A DNA stretch of 64,000 bases, taken from NCBI GenBank assembly GCA_000320545.1, contig ADNK01003302.1, forward strand, positions 62,001 through 126,000, written 5' to 3'. Both the position numbers and the translations under genes were made by a program. The notes under the pieces are model-generated. The model ran no database searches and was not told where the DNA came from. It saw only the letters and a list, made by a program, of their open reading frames with translations. Positions 26,069-40,309 of this stretch are shown piece after piece (position 1 is the first letter of the stretch; every line of letters begins with the position of its first letter). The stretch is from Bigelowiella natans CCMP2755. Lineage: Eukaryota > Protista > Cercozoa.

Positions 26069-27604
26069 ATGTCTCGGGGACTCGGTGTAAATGGCACGAG
26101 AAGGAATGCATGGAGATTAATCTCGATGGCTTGGGTGACGGCGCTTTCATTTGCGGCACTCTTAGTTCCTGATTTGGTTTCAAGAATCGATGAATCCCCC
26201 CAGTTAAAGCGAAAAAGTGACACTTGGAAAAGGGGGTGTGGTAGCGCATCATGGCCTAACCAGAGAGGAGCACATTCACTGGCATTAGTTCTTTCTAATT
26301 CAAATGCTGGTGAACACCTGACGCCTAGGCTTGCAGTTAATATTTTGCGCGGAGGAATGGATCCGAGCGATGTTATAGATATAACGGCCCGCAACAAGTC
26401 AGATCTGAACCCGTTGCATGAATTTGGCCCCGCACGAACAAAACGATACCGCTCAAAAAGGCTGGTTGCAAGTACAAAGTCAGGCTCTTCAGGTGGACAA
26501 CAAGTCAAGAAGAAAAAAAAGAAGAGAAGGTATGCACTCTCTAATGAAGAGCGTAAAGAACGTATTTTGAGCACATGTGAAGAGCTGAAGGAGCATAATC
26601 GGGCAGTTCGACGGAATAGATCGAGAGAGATTAGGCAACAAATCGATGATATGGCAAAGCAAGTCCCAGACCCCCCTCAGCATGAGGTGGACAAAATAAA
26701 TCTTCGGTATAGTCTCACTAACAAGCAGGAAAAGCTATTGAGGGAAAACAAGATTCTAAATTGCACGTTGAAAAGATTTCATGAGATGGATCTATGCCAA
26801 TTGAAGCAATGGTAACTTGAGATAGATTCTTCCTTTTTTAACTTCATAATCCCGTGGAATTGTTTCTGAAAATCATTTGTACTCTACCTGTCAACCCTAA
26901 CTCTAACTAGCCCCTCCCCCTATGATACACTCATTGTTTCGCTTATACTTAAAAATACCTGTTCCTCTTACTTATATGCCCCCCCCCAAAGGTTGGAAGC
27001 AGCAGGGTACAATCCAAAGATGCCTCCGCATAAACTGAAGACAGGGGCAGGAATCTTCAAAATACCATCGAAACGACTCTTGCTGGAGAGTGGGACAGTT
27101 TATCTGTAAGTCTTACTTCCCGAAGCTCTCTTCTGTTCAAAAAGTACGGTTTGATATGAACAAATAACTTGTAATTTATTTAAGGTTTAAGCTGAAGAGA
27201 CAAATACTGAAACGGCGTGAGGAATTGGCCTCTCAGCGACATCCATCGTGGTGGGAAAATGGCACGATTTTTAATCCTGCTGATTGGGAGGTAGGAAATC
27301 ATTTCAGTAGTACTGCTCGGTCCTTTTTTTGTGTCAATTACGCCTCATTATTTTTGTTGTTCATATATACCAGCTACCCAAACTGAATAGATGGGTTAGA
27401 AACAAGAAAATAAGAGAAGAGGGCTTGGAATACGGAGAAGCCCCAGATTGTAGCCGCCATGCATCTTTCCTAGGAGATTTTACTTTGTATCACCCAAATC
27501 GGGAATCTCTACCTGAAGAAGAATTACAATGGAGCATGGACTACGAAGGGAAGAGGAAGAAGAAGAAGAAAAAGACGAAATCAAACACAGTTGCGAACGC
27601 ATAA
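26069..27604 (+). CDS. Basic protein of unknown function with hydrophobic N-terminal segment and weak SAP/HeH-like helix
   Basis: Phase-compatible exons 26069-26811, 26992-27105, 27185-27290, 27374-27604. Hydrophobic WVTALSFAALLV, LRGG motif, two poly-Lys runs. Confidence 0.6.
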
Positions 27605-28460
27605 ATGGAAAAACAAAGGGAGGGCAAACGCAGGAAATATGTAAATACATGTTACTCAATTTAGTTCAGCATCGGCAGAATTTAAACGTACGAGTGTTGC
27701 GAATTCGATGTTAAAATCAAATGCATTTGCAAGTCCACATACCTGCTGTTTGTAAAGTCTAATATAGGTTGTTTTGATGTCGAACGATTGTGCAAAGAGC
27801 AATGCATTTGTACGTGGATCATTATCGATCGAGGCTTCTCACTAGCATAGCACAATAAATGGTCTACACCTGCTAGATAAAAGCACACACACACAAATCT
27901 ACATATACGCTGCTACATCTAGACATGTATGTATGCACATGCAGCTAGCATGTGCTATCTCTAGATCTGCTACTGGTTGCACACGTTGGATGTCTATGTG
28001 TTATTGCATCCCAACGTACATTGCTGCTGCACGCTCATCGCGTCCAACAATGAATCGAACGCGAGCTAGCTAGCGAGTATGCATGGCATGAGTGAGTAAC
28101 ATGACTATCAGAGATTTGGCAATTCTATTTTCTTCAGTATATCCGTCACTGTTAAAGTCACTCCGTACGTCACATGCTAGCATGAACAACATCTCGATCG
28201 ATACGATCAAGATCTAGATGACGTACAGCACCGTACATATGCTAGATATGCCGTATAACCGTACACCAGCAATGCCATCGATCATGAATCGAAACGATGA
28301 TGAGACGAAACGACTATGTAAATTAAATGAAGCTGAAAAAGGCGAAAGAGGCACGGACCGCTGCGCGTAGCGCACGCTAGCACGACATCGACGACAGGAT
28401 GCAGATGCTTTCAAATGCATAAAACAAATCATCATAAACGAGACAAAATAGACACAACCT

Positions 28461-28547
28461 AAGCGCTGCAGCCGCTGCTTTGCATAGCTACATTAGGATG
28501 GCTATTGAAAAGATTTAATATCACTTCATTACATCCGTCTCACATGC
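28461..28547 (+). repeat. Dispersed convergent-junction element, copy A
   Basis: aagcgctgcagccgctgctttgcatagctacattaggatggctattgaaaag...ttacatccgtctcacatgc; homologous to copies B, C and D. Confidence 0.78.
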
Positions 28548-28647
28548 CGTACCGCGCTACAATGCAATGTATCTGCTAGCTAGATCTTGAGATATATGCT
28601 TACATATCTAGATATATACACACTACACGCACATACGCCACACATGC

Positions 28648-28700
<53 letters not shown>
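28648..28700 (+). repeat. (AG)n microsatellite
   Basis: Nearly pure agag run. Confidence 0.9.
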
Positions 28701-28706
<6 letters not shown>

Positions 28707-28966
28707 CATGTACACACATATAGAGTTAAAGAGCTACACCAAACATCAGACATTGAGACATCGAGTGGCGGATTTAAAAATCACTGGCGGAGTAGAAATC
28801 TGCTGGCGATGGGATTGCATTAGCCAGACTTCATGTTCCGTCACTAGGCATGCAAATGTTACAAGATATCGGTGGAAGTTTAATCATCAAACGCAGTAAG
28901 AAAAGTAACGCTTCTTTACTGTACGGCAAGTGTTCAGTCATCATTACCACAAAACGACTAGTAACA

Positions 28967-29536
28967 TCATAACTCTGATCCTATAGATTGTGCTGGAGCT
29001 CCATTCTGACCAGAAGCAACAGGTGCTCCTCCCGCAGGTGATGATGTTGTGACAACAACACCAGATGTAATTCGCATACGTGGATCAGCATCTCGGCGGC
29101 CCACGTCACTGCTCTTCAGGAAGCAGTAACCTTCGAGCTGTGTAAATAATGCATCATCATCTTGTTCATTATCATCATCATTATCATCATTATGATTGAT
29201 CATCTTGATGGATTCTCATAGTGAACAAGTTCTCAAAATAATGCACATTAGGGTTACATCAGATTAATACACGAACACAATCTTCAATCATCATCACTGC
29301 TGTCATCATCATCATCATCATCATCACCACCACAATTCCACACTTCACTGTTAGTACGTACATCCTCTGCGCTAGTAGATTCCATGAAAGTGAAGCCTTT
29401 GCAGTCATCAGCGGCGGCACAATAGTCACAACATGCCTGAAGGGAGAAGACAGATATGAGATGTGTCAGAACATATTGCTATGAGAATCACAAGATTAAA
29501 TTCACCACTACCACCCCACCATAAATACTACTACTG

Positions 29537-29567
<31 letters not shown>

Positions 29568-30493
29568 CTGCCTATCCTTTCTTCTTATGGTTCCCGAGGG
29601 GAGATCATGGGATGAGAAATCAACATCCTTCTGCAGGAAGAAAGAAGACGAGGAACAGAAAGAAGAGGATAGAAGTATCAATCACAACAACGATAATAAG
29701 TAAGTGTTGTTTTTGCCTCCTCCTCCTCCTCCTCCTCCTCCTCCTTCTCCTCCCCCCCCCTCACTAGTGACACATTGCTGATAAATATGTTGTCCACCTC
29801 GAACGAACATGTCGCTGATGGAAGATCTTGGCTTAGAGAAGGACGCCGCGCGCCGCTTCTTTGTCCTCCACTCTGGCCACCCCCAGCTTTGGCATTAAGA
29901 GCTTGTACAGCCTAACGGAAATGAGAGCGGCGACATTAATTTGAAGTGAATAACTGAGATTGTACCACATCCACTTCACCTCTCCACACCATCATCATCA
30001 CCATCACCAGCACCATCATCACTAATATGACCTCTTCTCGCTGTGCATCCGTTATGGTTCCCGACACAATTCCCATTGCAGGGTCTGTGGGGACTTTATT
30101 AGCGACTGCAGATTTAGGATAGCAAGTACCCTGCTGCTGCTGCTGCTGCTGTGAGGATCCAGACTCTGATGATGAATCTTGGCCCGGCTTGAAGGTGTAA
30201 CCCTGCACAAGAAGAAGTAGAAGAAAAAGAAAAAAAAAATCATCGTCAATATGATGATTTCATCAGGTAGTAGTAAGACGAGTTGCGTGCATTTGTTCAT
30301 GTTTAACATCATCCGATGATGGCTATCACAATACATCCCACCGTCGATTCATCTTAGCTATTCTTAACTTACCGCACACTGGGGAATGATTGTGCACACG
30401 CCGCAACATGCCTCTTTACTTGCAACTCTCGAGACCCCCTGGAATGTCCAACAAACGAGTAGAGATGATGGCGAACATTTGATACACACACAT

Positions 30494-30525
<32 letters not shown>

Positions 30526-32729
30526 CGCATAATTTTTAAGGTGTGTGTGTGTGTGTGTGTGTGTGGATATATTATCTAATTTATGAACACCCCAATGCTA
30601 TCAACACCAACAAATAATGATGGTGAAAGTGACAATGATCAATAGGGCAGCAGTGGCGGCAGCAGCAGCAGCAGCAGGAGCATCACTGATCAGCAGCATA
30701 TACCTACCTCCTCTATTGTTCCTCCGTAAAAATCTACGTTATGTTGGAACTTCTCGCTCGCAGGGCACAACTCTACGGGAAATAATAAGTGACGATAGTA
30801 GTTACATGTAGTATATATATTCTAGTTATATGCTTGCAACTAATATGAGGAGGACATGTTCGTCGTATTATATCGTGTAAAATAATTTAGGATTTTACAA
30901 ATATTGTCACAAAAACGATTATTTACGCAGTGCTTTTTAATCAAATCAAACAGAAACAGTGTCAGTTCTTGTAATACTATGTGCAGTAGCAGCAGCATAC
31001 CAGGTAATTTCTTCTCAGCTTCCTCGAGCGTTGTTTTCGCCTCCTATTAAAATTGGATAAATTACAGCCGTGCTGTATGTGTTGTGTGTTGTGCGTTGTG
31101 CGTGTGGTGCCTATGTATGATATTGTGTTTCAAGGATTCATCGCAACAACTAGGCAACAACAAAACAGCAGTATAAGTGTTCAGGACTAGGAGAAAGGTG
31201 CATTTGCAGACCATGCACTTCTTTATTGCACTGTGAGTCGTCTCAATTAACGCCTTCGCATCAGCGCCCGGTAGCTGGCCTACGTACGTATAGTGTATAT
31301 ATTCTAAAACGACGACGATATCTCTTATCATCATCATCATCATCTTTACACTGGGAAGCAACGCAACCGACCGACAGCAGAAAGCAGCATGTGCAAGAAG
31401 AAGAAGAAGATGATAATGATGATGATGATGATGTAAAAAAGGAGGAAGTATAAATCGGCACGCACCGATTATAATTTTGATAAAAACAAAATAATAAGAT
31501 ACCCATGGGTTCAGCGCGACATAGGAAGAGGAATGTTGGCAGCCCTTGAACGCCTTCAGCCAAGCTGCAAGAGGGTACGACAGGGAACAAAGAAAGTAGT
31601 AACAATGATTTCCCATTATCACTACATATGGCATGAAGGATTCCATGTTGTTACACGTTGTCGTCTATGCGTGCTCTATATTGATTGATGCTCCTCTTCA
31701 CCTTGGAAGGCGTTGCGCATTGATCTTGAGGAAAGTGGCAAATTCGTGATATTCCTGAGCCAACCGCCTGTGGAATCGTTCGCCACACGAAGTAGAGGAT
31801 AAAAGAGTAGGAGGAGGAGGAGGAGGAGGAGGAGGATGAACAAGAGAGGGGAAAAGGGAAAGAAAATGAGTAAGATGGGAGGAGAAATAAAGAAAGTAAT
31901 TCAACAACTGATGATGGCGAGAAACAAAGTCGCGTCAAAACAAGAAAAGAAATGATCGATAAAAAAAAAAGGGAAAAAAAGCTTCTATTTTGAAGTTTGC
32001 GCTTGCGATTCTCCAACTTCGCCGTGGTAATTTTTCAGAATTTGCACAACAACAATTTGATATTACTCATAGAGGGGCGCGATCTGCACGCAGTAGGGGC
32101 AATTTGGCCCGTAGAAATCAATGACTACGGTATCGTGTGTTGTCTCGTTCTTGAAGAGAGCAACTAAATGCTCCGCGCTTAAAACCTACAGCAAATTATT
32201 CCAACACTCAACGTAAATATTTCAATGTATAAATATATACTACAGTTGTCCGCATGAATCATCATTAACATTGTACATCATGCATGTTTGCAAGGGCCTA
32301 GCCCCTTACAATGTTGAAATAATTGTTGACCTCGTGTGTGAAGGACTCTTGGACAGCACTAGACGATCTACCTGCACCAACATTACCATTCTCCTGGTTA
32401 TTTCCACGTCCAAACTTCCACCACGGACCTCCCAACTGTTGCTCCTGTTTATTATAAGGATGTGTTCAATGTGTTACTGCGGAAGAGCTCATAGGGCCCA
32501 TCACAACACCATGCACTAATAACTATGAGAATGCTCTTTGTTCATTTAAATCTAATCATTGTCAACTTTTCAGGACTACACTGGAAGAGATACAGAGAAT
32601 TGCGTTTACCCGAAAGGATGCTGCCAAAATCATCATCACTCCAATGCAGAATAGCAGCGACTTGGTGCAGGTTGGGGTGAACCAGGTCCTCCTCCGTATG
32701 GTAGAGGAGGGAGGAACTAGGAGAGGCAT
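28967..32729 (-). CDS. Secretory-pathway thioredoxin (NCPYC) fused to two PAN/Apple domains (~14 exons)
   Basis: Spliced translation gives signal/anchor SLLFCIGVMMILAASF, then VVIDFYGPNCPYCVQIAPLYERLAQEY...FLKINA...VQGLPTFLF...GADAKAL (thioredoxin fold). Two Apple domains follow: C...VDFYG...ACCGVC...CAGYTF...CYPKS and C...VDFSSHDL...ACCDYC...CKGFTF...CFLKS. Ends in GSEL. Confidence 0.82.
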
Positions 32730-33526
32730 ATCTAATGTTCAGAAATACAAGCCTATTTAAGACTTCCTGGTTAAGATGAAATTCCTTCACCTCCCGCATC
32801 TTCCCATACCCACACCACACATACACACAGGCGCGCTGCAGAGGCTCAGGAGAATGGAAGTCGCTCCTTCCTCGAAAACAGAAGTTGAAAATATTGCATA
32901 TAATTCACTCCGGCTGAAAACGATCTCTCATGCGCCGAAACCTCGCTCTCGGATGTTCGAGCGGGGGGGGGTTAAAACCTGCAGTGGTACTCATTTGTAA
33001 GTCTTAAATGTGCGCTGTGAATCGGCTCCAGACCGAAGCAACGTGAAGCAAGAAACGTTAAAAATCAATTGTATTATGGATATCATACAAAGATTCGCCT
33101 GTATTTTTAAAACGTTGCTTCTTCCCGGGACCATCCAATCGGAGCCTAAGCGAAACGAGCCGGCGAAGGTTGATCTCAGATCAAAACAATCTCGATAAAT
33201 TCCATTGAGTATGCTGTTTATCCTGGCAAAATATGCTACGTCAATTGAAGCACAAATAATCTTGGTTTTATCAGGAAGTCCTTTTTCCACGCACAACCAA
33301 ATGTTCATCTGAGATACGATACTTTCGGTGGAATTCTGAAATCCAGAGACTCTCCGGGGATGAAGATAGGTATGGTAATACCCGATATTTTTCGGGTATT
33401 ACCTACAAAGAAATTCACTTCTTTTCTGAGCCCCGAAGGAGGGAAGGGGAGAAAACAGAAAGGAGGAGACCAGAGAAAAGAAAGAGAGCGGAAAAGAGAA
33501 AGAGAGACGTCACTCCTGCATAAAAG

Positions 33527-36169
33527 ATGGTCGACAGCAATATTTCGTCCAAGATTGAGATGTTCATCTCGTGTAGGAATCTCATCAACAAGGTCCACAA
33601 CCGATGAGATTGGTTAATGATGTCAGATTATGCCTTATCCCACGCTCACAGAGTGGTCATAAGATCGATTTATAATGTTCCGATTCTCTTCTATATCCAG
33701 TGCGCAAATCAATGTTAATATCCCAACTACATTCCCCCCCTCCGCCCCCCCTCAACAGGACACATTCTCAAAGTCAGACCCTATGGTTAGTGTGTTCATC
33801 AAAGACGGGGTCGCTTTCAAGAAATTCTCTTTGATCGATAGAACGGAAGTCATCGAGTAAGTTTTTACAAACCTTGAAGACTGTGTATTTGCTTATGTGT
33901 TGCTTCCTAACTTCACAAGCTTGATCGTAAAATAAAACATGAGATTTATCACCTTCGTCTTCAATATTTTCATACTTATGGTGTCAATTATGGTTTGTTC
34001 ATATTCTACTTGTAATCTTCATACTTATGATGTCAATTACAGTGTATTCACATTCTACTAGTAATCGCTTGATAAATTGTGTAAATTTTCACAGCAACAA
34101 CTTGAATCCGAACTTCAAGAAGCGTTTCGTGTTGGATTACCATTTCGAACGCAGGCAAGAAATTATTCTAAAGGTATCATGTTTGCTCTTTCTCGTGTCT
34201 GTGTGTACAGATTGCTAATGCTGTACTAACGGCATACCCACACTAGCAAATAATTTCTCTTCTTTCGTAACTAATTGCAACATAAAACTGATGAGTAGGT
34301 TTTTGATGTGGATTCTGCACGATTGAGCCGACAGAGCGATCATGATTTTCTTGGTAGTAGTAGCAGAATACCCTACCTACTTTGAGTCATTATACAATTC
34401 GATTTGTTTCAACGACTTACAGCAATTTAACGTGGACATTAGGAATGGCGCGAACAACCTTAGCAGATCTGATATCACGAGGAAAGGCAGCTCTTCCACT
34501 TACGGACCAGAAAGGGAGGCCGATGCGGAGGGGGAAGGGCTCCTTGGTCAGTCGATATCACTTAGTTGATCAAAATGATGATGTTGCTACGATGCATGAT
34601 AGTTATTAACCAATATATTTTGAGTGTGTGCATGACTGCTGCACATCTTTATCATAAAGTATTATCTCAAATCTTCTTCTTAGGCAATTATTCGGTGCAA
34701 TGAGATCGGCGACAGTTCAATGCGATGCAAGGTACTATGCAGTAGTAGTGATGAAGATGATTGAGGGGGGGTGGACAATGATGGAAGTTCATTCTCACAA
34801 TCGTAGCAAGCATGTTCGAGTACAAACTTTATCTCTTACACACTCCATCCATCAGCTTAACTTAAAGGGTGACGGGCTACCGAAGATGGACCTTTTTGGT
34901 CAGTTTTGACGTAATGCGGTGGTGATTCCTGCAATGATATCTATATCTATATGCATGCATGATGTAAACAAGATACAACAAGGTGGTTACATGAATCATA
35001 TTCTTGGATAATAAGCAATATACTTTCATTTCCAAGCTTGATGGTGTATCTGGTAGCATAAAGGGGGCATTGCTTTATTGGCTGTGTTGAAAATAAGTTC
35101 ACGCTCTCTTCATTGGTATATCATCAGGTCGGGCGGATCCATACTTAGAGATCTACAAGAAATCGGTAAAAAGCAGCATTATCTTACTAGACAGTCTCTC
35201 TCACCAATGAACATGCATGTACCGTATAGAGCCTGTGTGTCAAAATTTAGACGGCGTATATAAAGAGCAATGTTTCTAATTATCCTCGTTCCTCTCCCTT
35301 GTCTCTTTAACCCCTCTCTTCTGATCTTGTGATAATTGTTGTCCATCTATAGCTGCACGATGAGACGTGGTTACCCGTGGATAAAACAGAGGTAGTAGTT
35401 GAAGTAGTTTTCACCAGCAAGAGAAGCAAGAGCTCATCGTCGATAGTAGTTCTCACTAGCAAGAGGAACAAGAGCTCATCGTTGAAGGAAGGTGGGGGGG
35501 GGGGCTCTCAACATTATTGAGAATGATGGATATCCTGATATCCCCATTATTGACCTCATCCTTCTCCTCCTCCTCAGGTGTGCAAGTACACTTATAACCC
35601 AAGATGGAAGATTAAAGATATTTCACTTGCGGACCTGTGCAATGGCCAGAGAAAGCGCCCACTTCTCTTCAAATGCTTTGATTGGGACAAGTATGTACAG
35701 CTTGCTGCTATTTATGATGTGTCGTCTTTGTGTGCTTATAGCATGCACATATGACTTATGTTTCCACTAACTTGTGATGCAGGAACTCTAGTCCGGATTT
35801 TATTGGTCAATTTGAGACATGTGTGCAGGTGAGAAGCAATGATCTCACAATAGTCTACGCTGCAGCTCTCTTCCAACATGATTGCTTATGCACCGTATCA
35901 ACCTCCTCCTCCTCCTCCTCTTCCTCCTCCTAATTTACCCTAGGATCTCGAGGAAAAGTCGCCGTTGTGCGAGTTTAAGCTACGGAAGCCAAAGGATGCC
36001 GGAAAGCGCAGACCGAAGGACCGTGGCAGTATCAGCGTTGGGATTAAGATGTATAAGCAGCATTCCTTCCTCGATTACGTTAGGGGGGGTTGTCAAATCA
36101 ATCTCATGATAGCAATCGATTTCACCGCATCAAACGGTTTGTTTGTTGTCGCAATGTATAGCTTAGTAG

Positions 36170-36208
<39 letters not shown>

Positions 36209-37005
36209 AGAAGCCCCTCTCAGCTCATGTCATCCAATGTCATGTCATATCATGTCATGTCATGCAGGAGATCCCAGTAACAACCGCAGCCTGCATTACA
36301 TCGGTAGCGGACATGCCAACGCCTATCAACAGGCCATTGCAACTATTGGGTAAGGAGGGAGAGCAGAGAGAAAGGGGAGGAGGGGGGGGAACAAAATTGC
36401 TACGACTACAAAGTTTTTCTCTATGCCATAGCCTCATTCGTATTGGGATGCTATCATTTTTTCACGTCGTATCTCCTTCCCGCTCCTCCTCCTCCTCCTC
36501 CTCCTCCTCCTTCCTCCTCCTTCCTCCTTCCTCCTTTCCCACCACTCTTGTTTTTTTCCCTGTATCATCATCATCATAATGATTATCATTATCACCAACA
36601 AACGAGCAACAAAACAACCAACCGATCAGGAACATACTGGTGCCGTATGATAGTGATAATAAATATCCTGTCTTTGGATTTGGAGCTAGAATTAAGGTGC
36701 TGGGTGGGGTGCTAATACATACATCATGCAGTACGATCATCATCATCATCATCATCATCTTCTTCTTCTACTTCTTCCTGTACTTAGTAGTAGTAGTAGT
36801 AGTAGTAGAAGTAGTATAGTAGTAGTACACACACAGCATCCTCCTTCGTCAAGCCATTCCATGTGTGTAGATCAACCAAGCAACCATGTACTACTTGTTA
36901 TTGTTATGTAGAGGACTAACAGCGTGGAGCATTGCTTCGCACTTAACATGAATGACTCAAATCCAGAGATATCTGGTGTGCAGTCTATCCTCAATACCTA
37001 CAGGT

Positions 37006-37041
<36 letters not shown>

Positions 37042-40000
37042 TCTTAGAGAGAGGAACAGGAAAAAAAAGAGGAAAAAGAAGATGATGATGATGATGATGA
37101 TAATCAAGGAGGAGAGTGAATGGTAACCGTTTCGGTGGTCATGATCATCATGATCATGATCATCATCATCATCATCATGATGGTCATCACCATCGTCATC
37201 ACCATCATCATCACCACCACCACCACTCAGTTACATAGTTGCTCATCATGCCCTTGTAGTAGTAGATACGCACTTATCCCTCCTCCTCTCATTAACCTTC
37301 TAATCTGTTCTTCTTGTAGGGCTGCATTCAATCATGTGTTGCTCTCTGGTCCGACTTATTTTAGTGAGGTACTACTATACTATACATATATGCTGTTACT
37401 CAATCATTTTAATCCGTACTCCTCTTTACCCCCCTCCCTCCCATTTTTTTTTTGATTTTTTACTTGCTAAAATGGTCAATTTATTCCGTGCTGGCTTTGG
37501 GGTTGTGTCTTCCCTGTTTCATAATCCTCCTTCTCCTCCTCGTTCCTCCCCCCCAAGGTCGTTGGCACAGCTGCAGCGAACGCATCTTCAAGTCAGTTTG
37601 ATTCGTCGAGGCAAGAGTGAGTAGTGAAAACACCAAACGATCAATAGTATTATTATTGTTGTTATTGATGATAATGATCATGCTCGTGGTGGTGGCAAAG
37701 AATGCTGCTACTACTGCTGCCGCTGATGATGATGATGATGATGATGATGAGTATGAGCTTGATATCCATCGATAATTTCTCTCTTGTTCTTCTATAAATT
37801 CCACCTCTCCCCCTCCTCTCGTACCAGTATACTATACTACTGATTCTAACGGATGGCAGGTAGCAGCGGCACGACATAAGATTCACACAAATAATGAGGT
37901 CTCCAATCAGATACGACATAAGATTCACACAAATAATAATGAGGTCTCCAATCAGATGGTGGCACCAATTTGAGTATTTGTTGTCTTGTGGTGAGAAAAC
38001 AGAAAGGAGCCGTGCATTGGACCTTCATCGTTTTGTTATGCTCCTGCTCTTGTGTGATATCCTTCTGCTCTTGTGTGATGTGTTGTGACGTTTTTGGTTG
38101 GCATAGTCGTCACTTATACTTGTTACTTCTCACCCCTTTTCCGCCCCCCCCCTTTCAGATTCGACGATGAGAGACAGACAATCGACCAAATCGTTGGTAT
38201 TATCATGTATTTTGTGGGGGAAGGGGCACGCGAGATGAAGAAGACGGAAAAGAAACAGAAGAATGTCATTTCATAAAAGAAAATTAGAGACATTGTTGAG
38301 GAGTCAACTTCCCAGCCTAATCTTCACTAACGACCCCTTCCGTCCTTACAGTAATATGATTTTTAAAATATGATCTGATATGATTGAACAAGGTGCCTCA
38401 ACTCTTCCTTTAAGCATTATCATCGTTGGGGTGGGGAATGCTGACTTCAGGTAGTTGGTTGCTGCCATTATTATCATCCCATCATCATTGAAACATGAGT
38501 AGAACAATATTCAACAAGAAGAACCGTTTCGATGATTCCCAAGTTGCTGCTGCTAATGCTGCTGCTAATGCTCTCTCTGATGATATGTCTGCCATGGGTA
38601 TATCGGTTGTCTGCAATGTGTGTTCTTCTTCATTAGTGCAATGGAAAAACTAGATGGTGATGAAGTGCGGTTATGCTCCTCGACAGGACAGGTCATCATC
38701 ATCATCATCATCATCATCATTATCATTATCATCATCATCAATATCTTTGTTTTGTTCTCTTCTTCCAAGAGGGCATACCGAGATATCGTACAATTTGTTC
38801 CCTATCGGAAATTCAACTCGCCTGAGCTGCTTGCGGTAAAGATAATGCTGCTGCTGCTGCTGATGATGATGATGAATGATGTATGGAACATGGTCATATA
38901 TCCATACTTTGATGATACTATTTTAGAGCAGCAGCAGCACCTGTGACATTGCCCTGTTCTTCCCCTCCCACCCCCCCCTCCTCCTCCTCCTCCTCTTCCT
39001 CCTCTTCTACCATCTTGCAGAAGGAGACTCTACAGGAAGTTCCGCACCAATTTCTTAGTTTTACGAAGCTTAAAAGTAACAATAGCAAGTAGCAGTAGTA
39101 GTAGTAACAGTAGCGGTGATGGTGGTGGTTATACGTGCTGTCTTCGTCTTCCCATATGCTTGTAGTAGTAGTAGTAGTGATTTGATATTACAATGAATGA
39201 GTCTCTTGTCCATCTTTCTTCCCCTTCCATCCTCTTCTTCTTCTTCTTCTTCTTCTTCTTCTTCTTCCTGCATCCTACTCCTCCTACCTCTTGTCAGATG
39301 TAAAGCCTTTAGACACTAAGTACGACTTCAATGCCTCCGTATCCGAGCTACCTGTACTTGCTCATCAGCCATCGGCGCATGTGCTTTCTAGGTCTTCTTC
39401 TTCTTCTTCTTCTTCTTCTTCTTCTTCTTCTTCTTCGACTTAATGAACGTTTCGTGCCATCAACGTCGTAAATGTGCATCAGTGTTTCCCAATGGGACTT
39501 TCTCACTCTTCTTCTACTTCTTCTTCAGAATGGCTACAGCCTACGATCTCAAGACTAATAAGCCGCCGCTAGGAGCAGCTATGTACCATGCCGCTGCTGC
39601 ATCCTCTGCTACTGCCAATGTACTTCTCTCGGTACTTTAGTACCATTACCAATAGGAGCAGTAGTTGCAATAATAATAATAGTTGTTGTTGTTGTTGTTG
39701 TAAGTAGGTCGTACTCACACACGCATGCACACGTCCATATATATATATATATATATATATAGATATATATTGTGCGTATATACGCAAAGTATGCAACTGT
39801 CTCACAGCGACTCTCACGATGATTATTAGTCGTAGTACGTGATTGGTTTTGCTTACTCCTCCTGCTGCTCTTGCTGCCTCTCTGTCTTGTCTACCAATGC
39901 ATCCTAGTAGTAAGTACTAGTAGGGTGGTCTTGTTATCTTAATAATTCCTCGTTCCCCTTTGGTGGCTTCTTCCTTAACAATATACTCCTCCCCTTTGTA

Positions 40001-40277
40001 GGTTCCTCCTCCTCAAGCTGCTGCTACTTCTGTTGGTGGTGGTATAATCGGGAGGAATCATATCACAAGGCCAACTGTCCCAACGACCTATTCAACTCCC
40101 TCCTCTTCGCAATATCAGCATCATCAGCATCATCAGCAACCAGCCATTGTTACTACTACTACCGTAGTGCCTACCCCCACCAGTACCACCATCCCAACAA
40201 CCTACCAACCACCACACCAACCGCCTTCAGGAGCAGGATGGTGGCAGAGCGCCGCTGCTGCACAGGTACTACTACAC

Positions 40278-40309
<32 letters not shown>

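Noticed and set aside
32331-32610. Apparent non-canonical splice at the 5' end of the thioredoxin-PAN gene
   Set aside because: A longer exon 32444-32331 ending GAG|gtcaac gives canonical in-phase splicing.
37871-37957. CRISPR-like direct repeats
   Set aside because: Two abutting copies with no spacer inside a eukaryotic intron; a simple tandem duplication.
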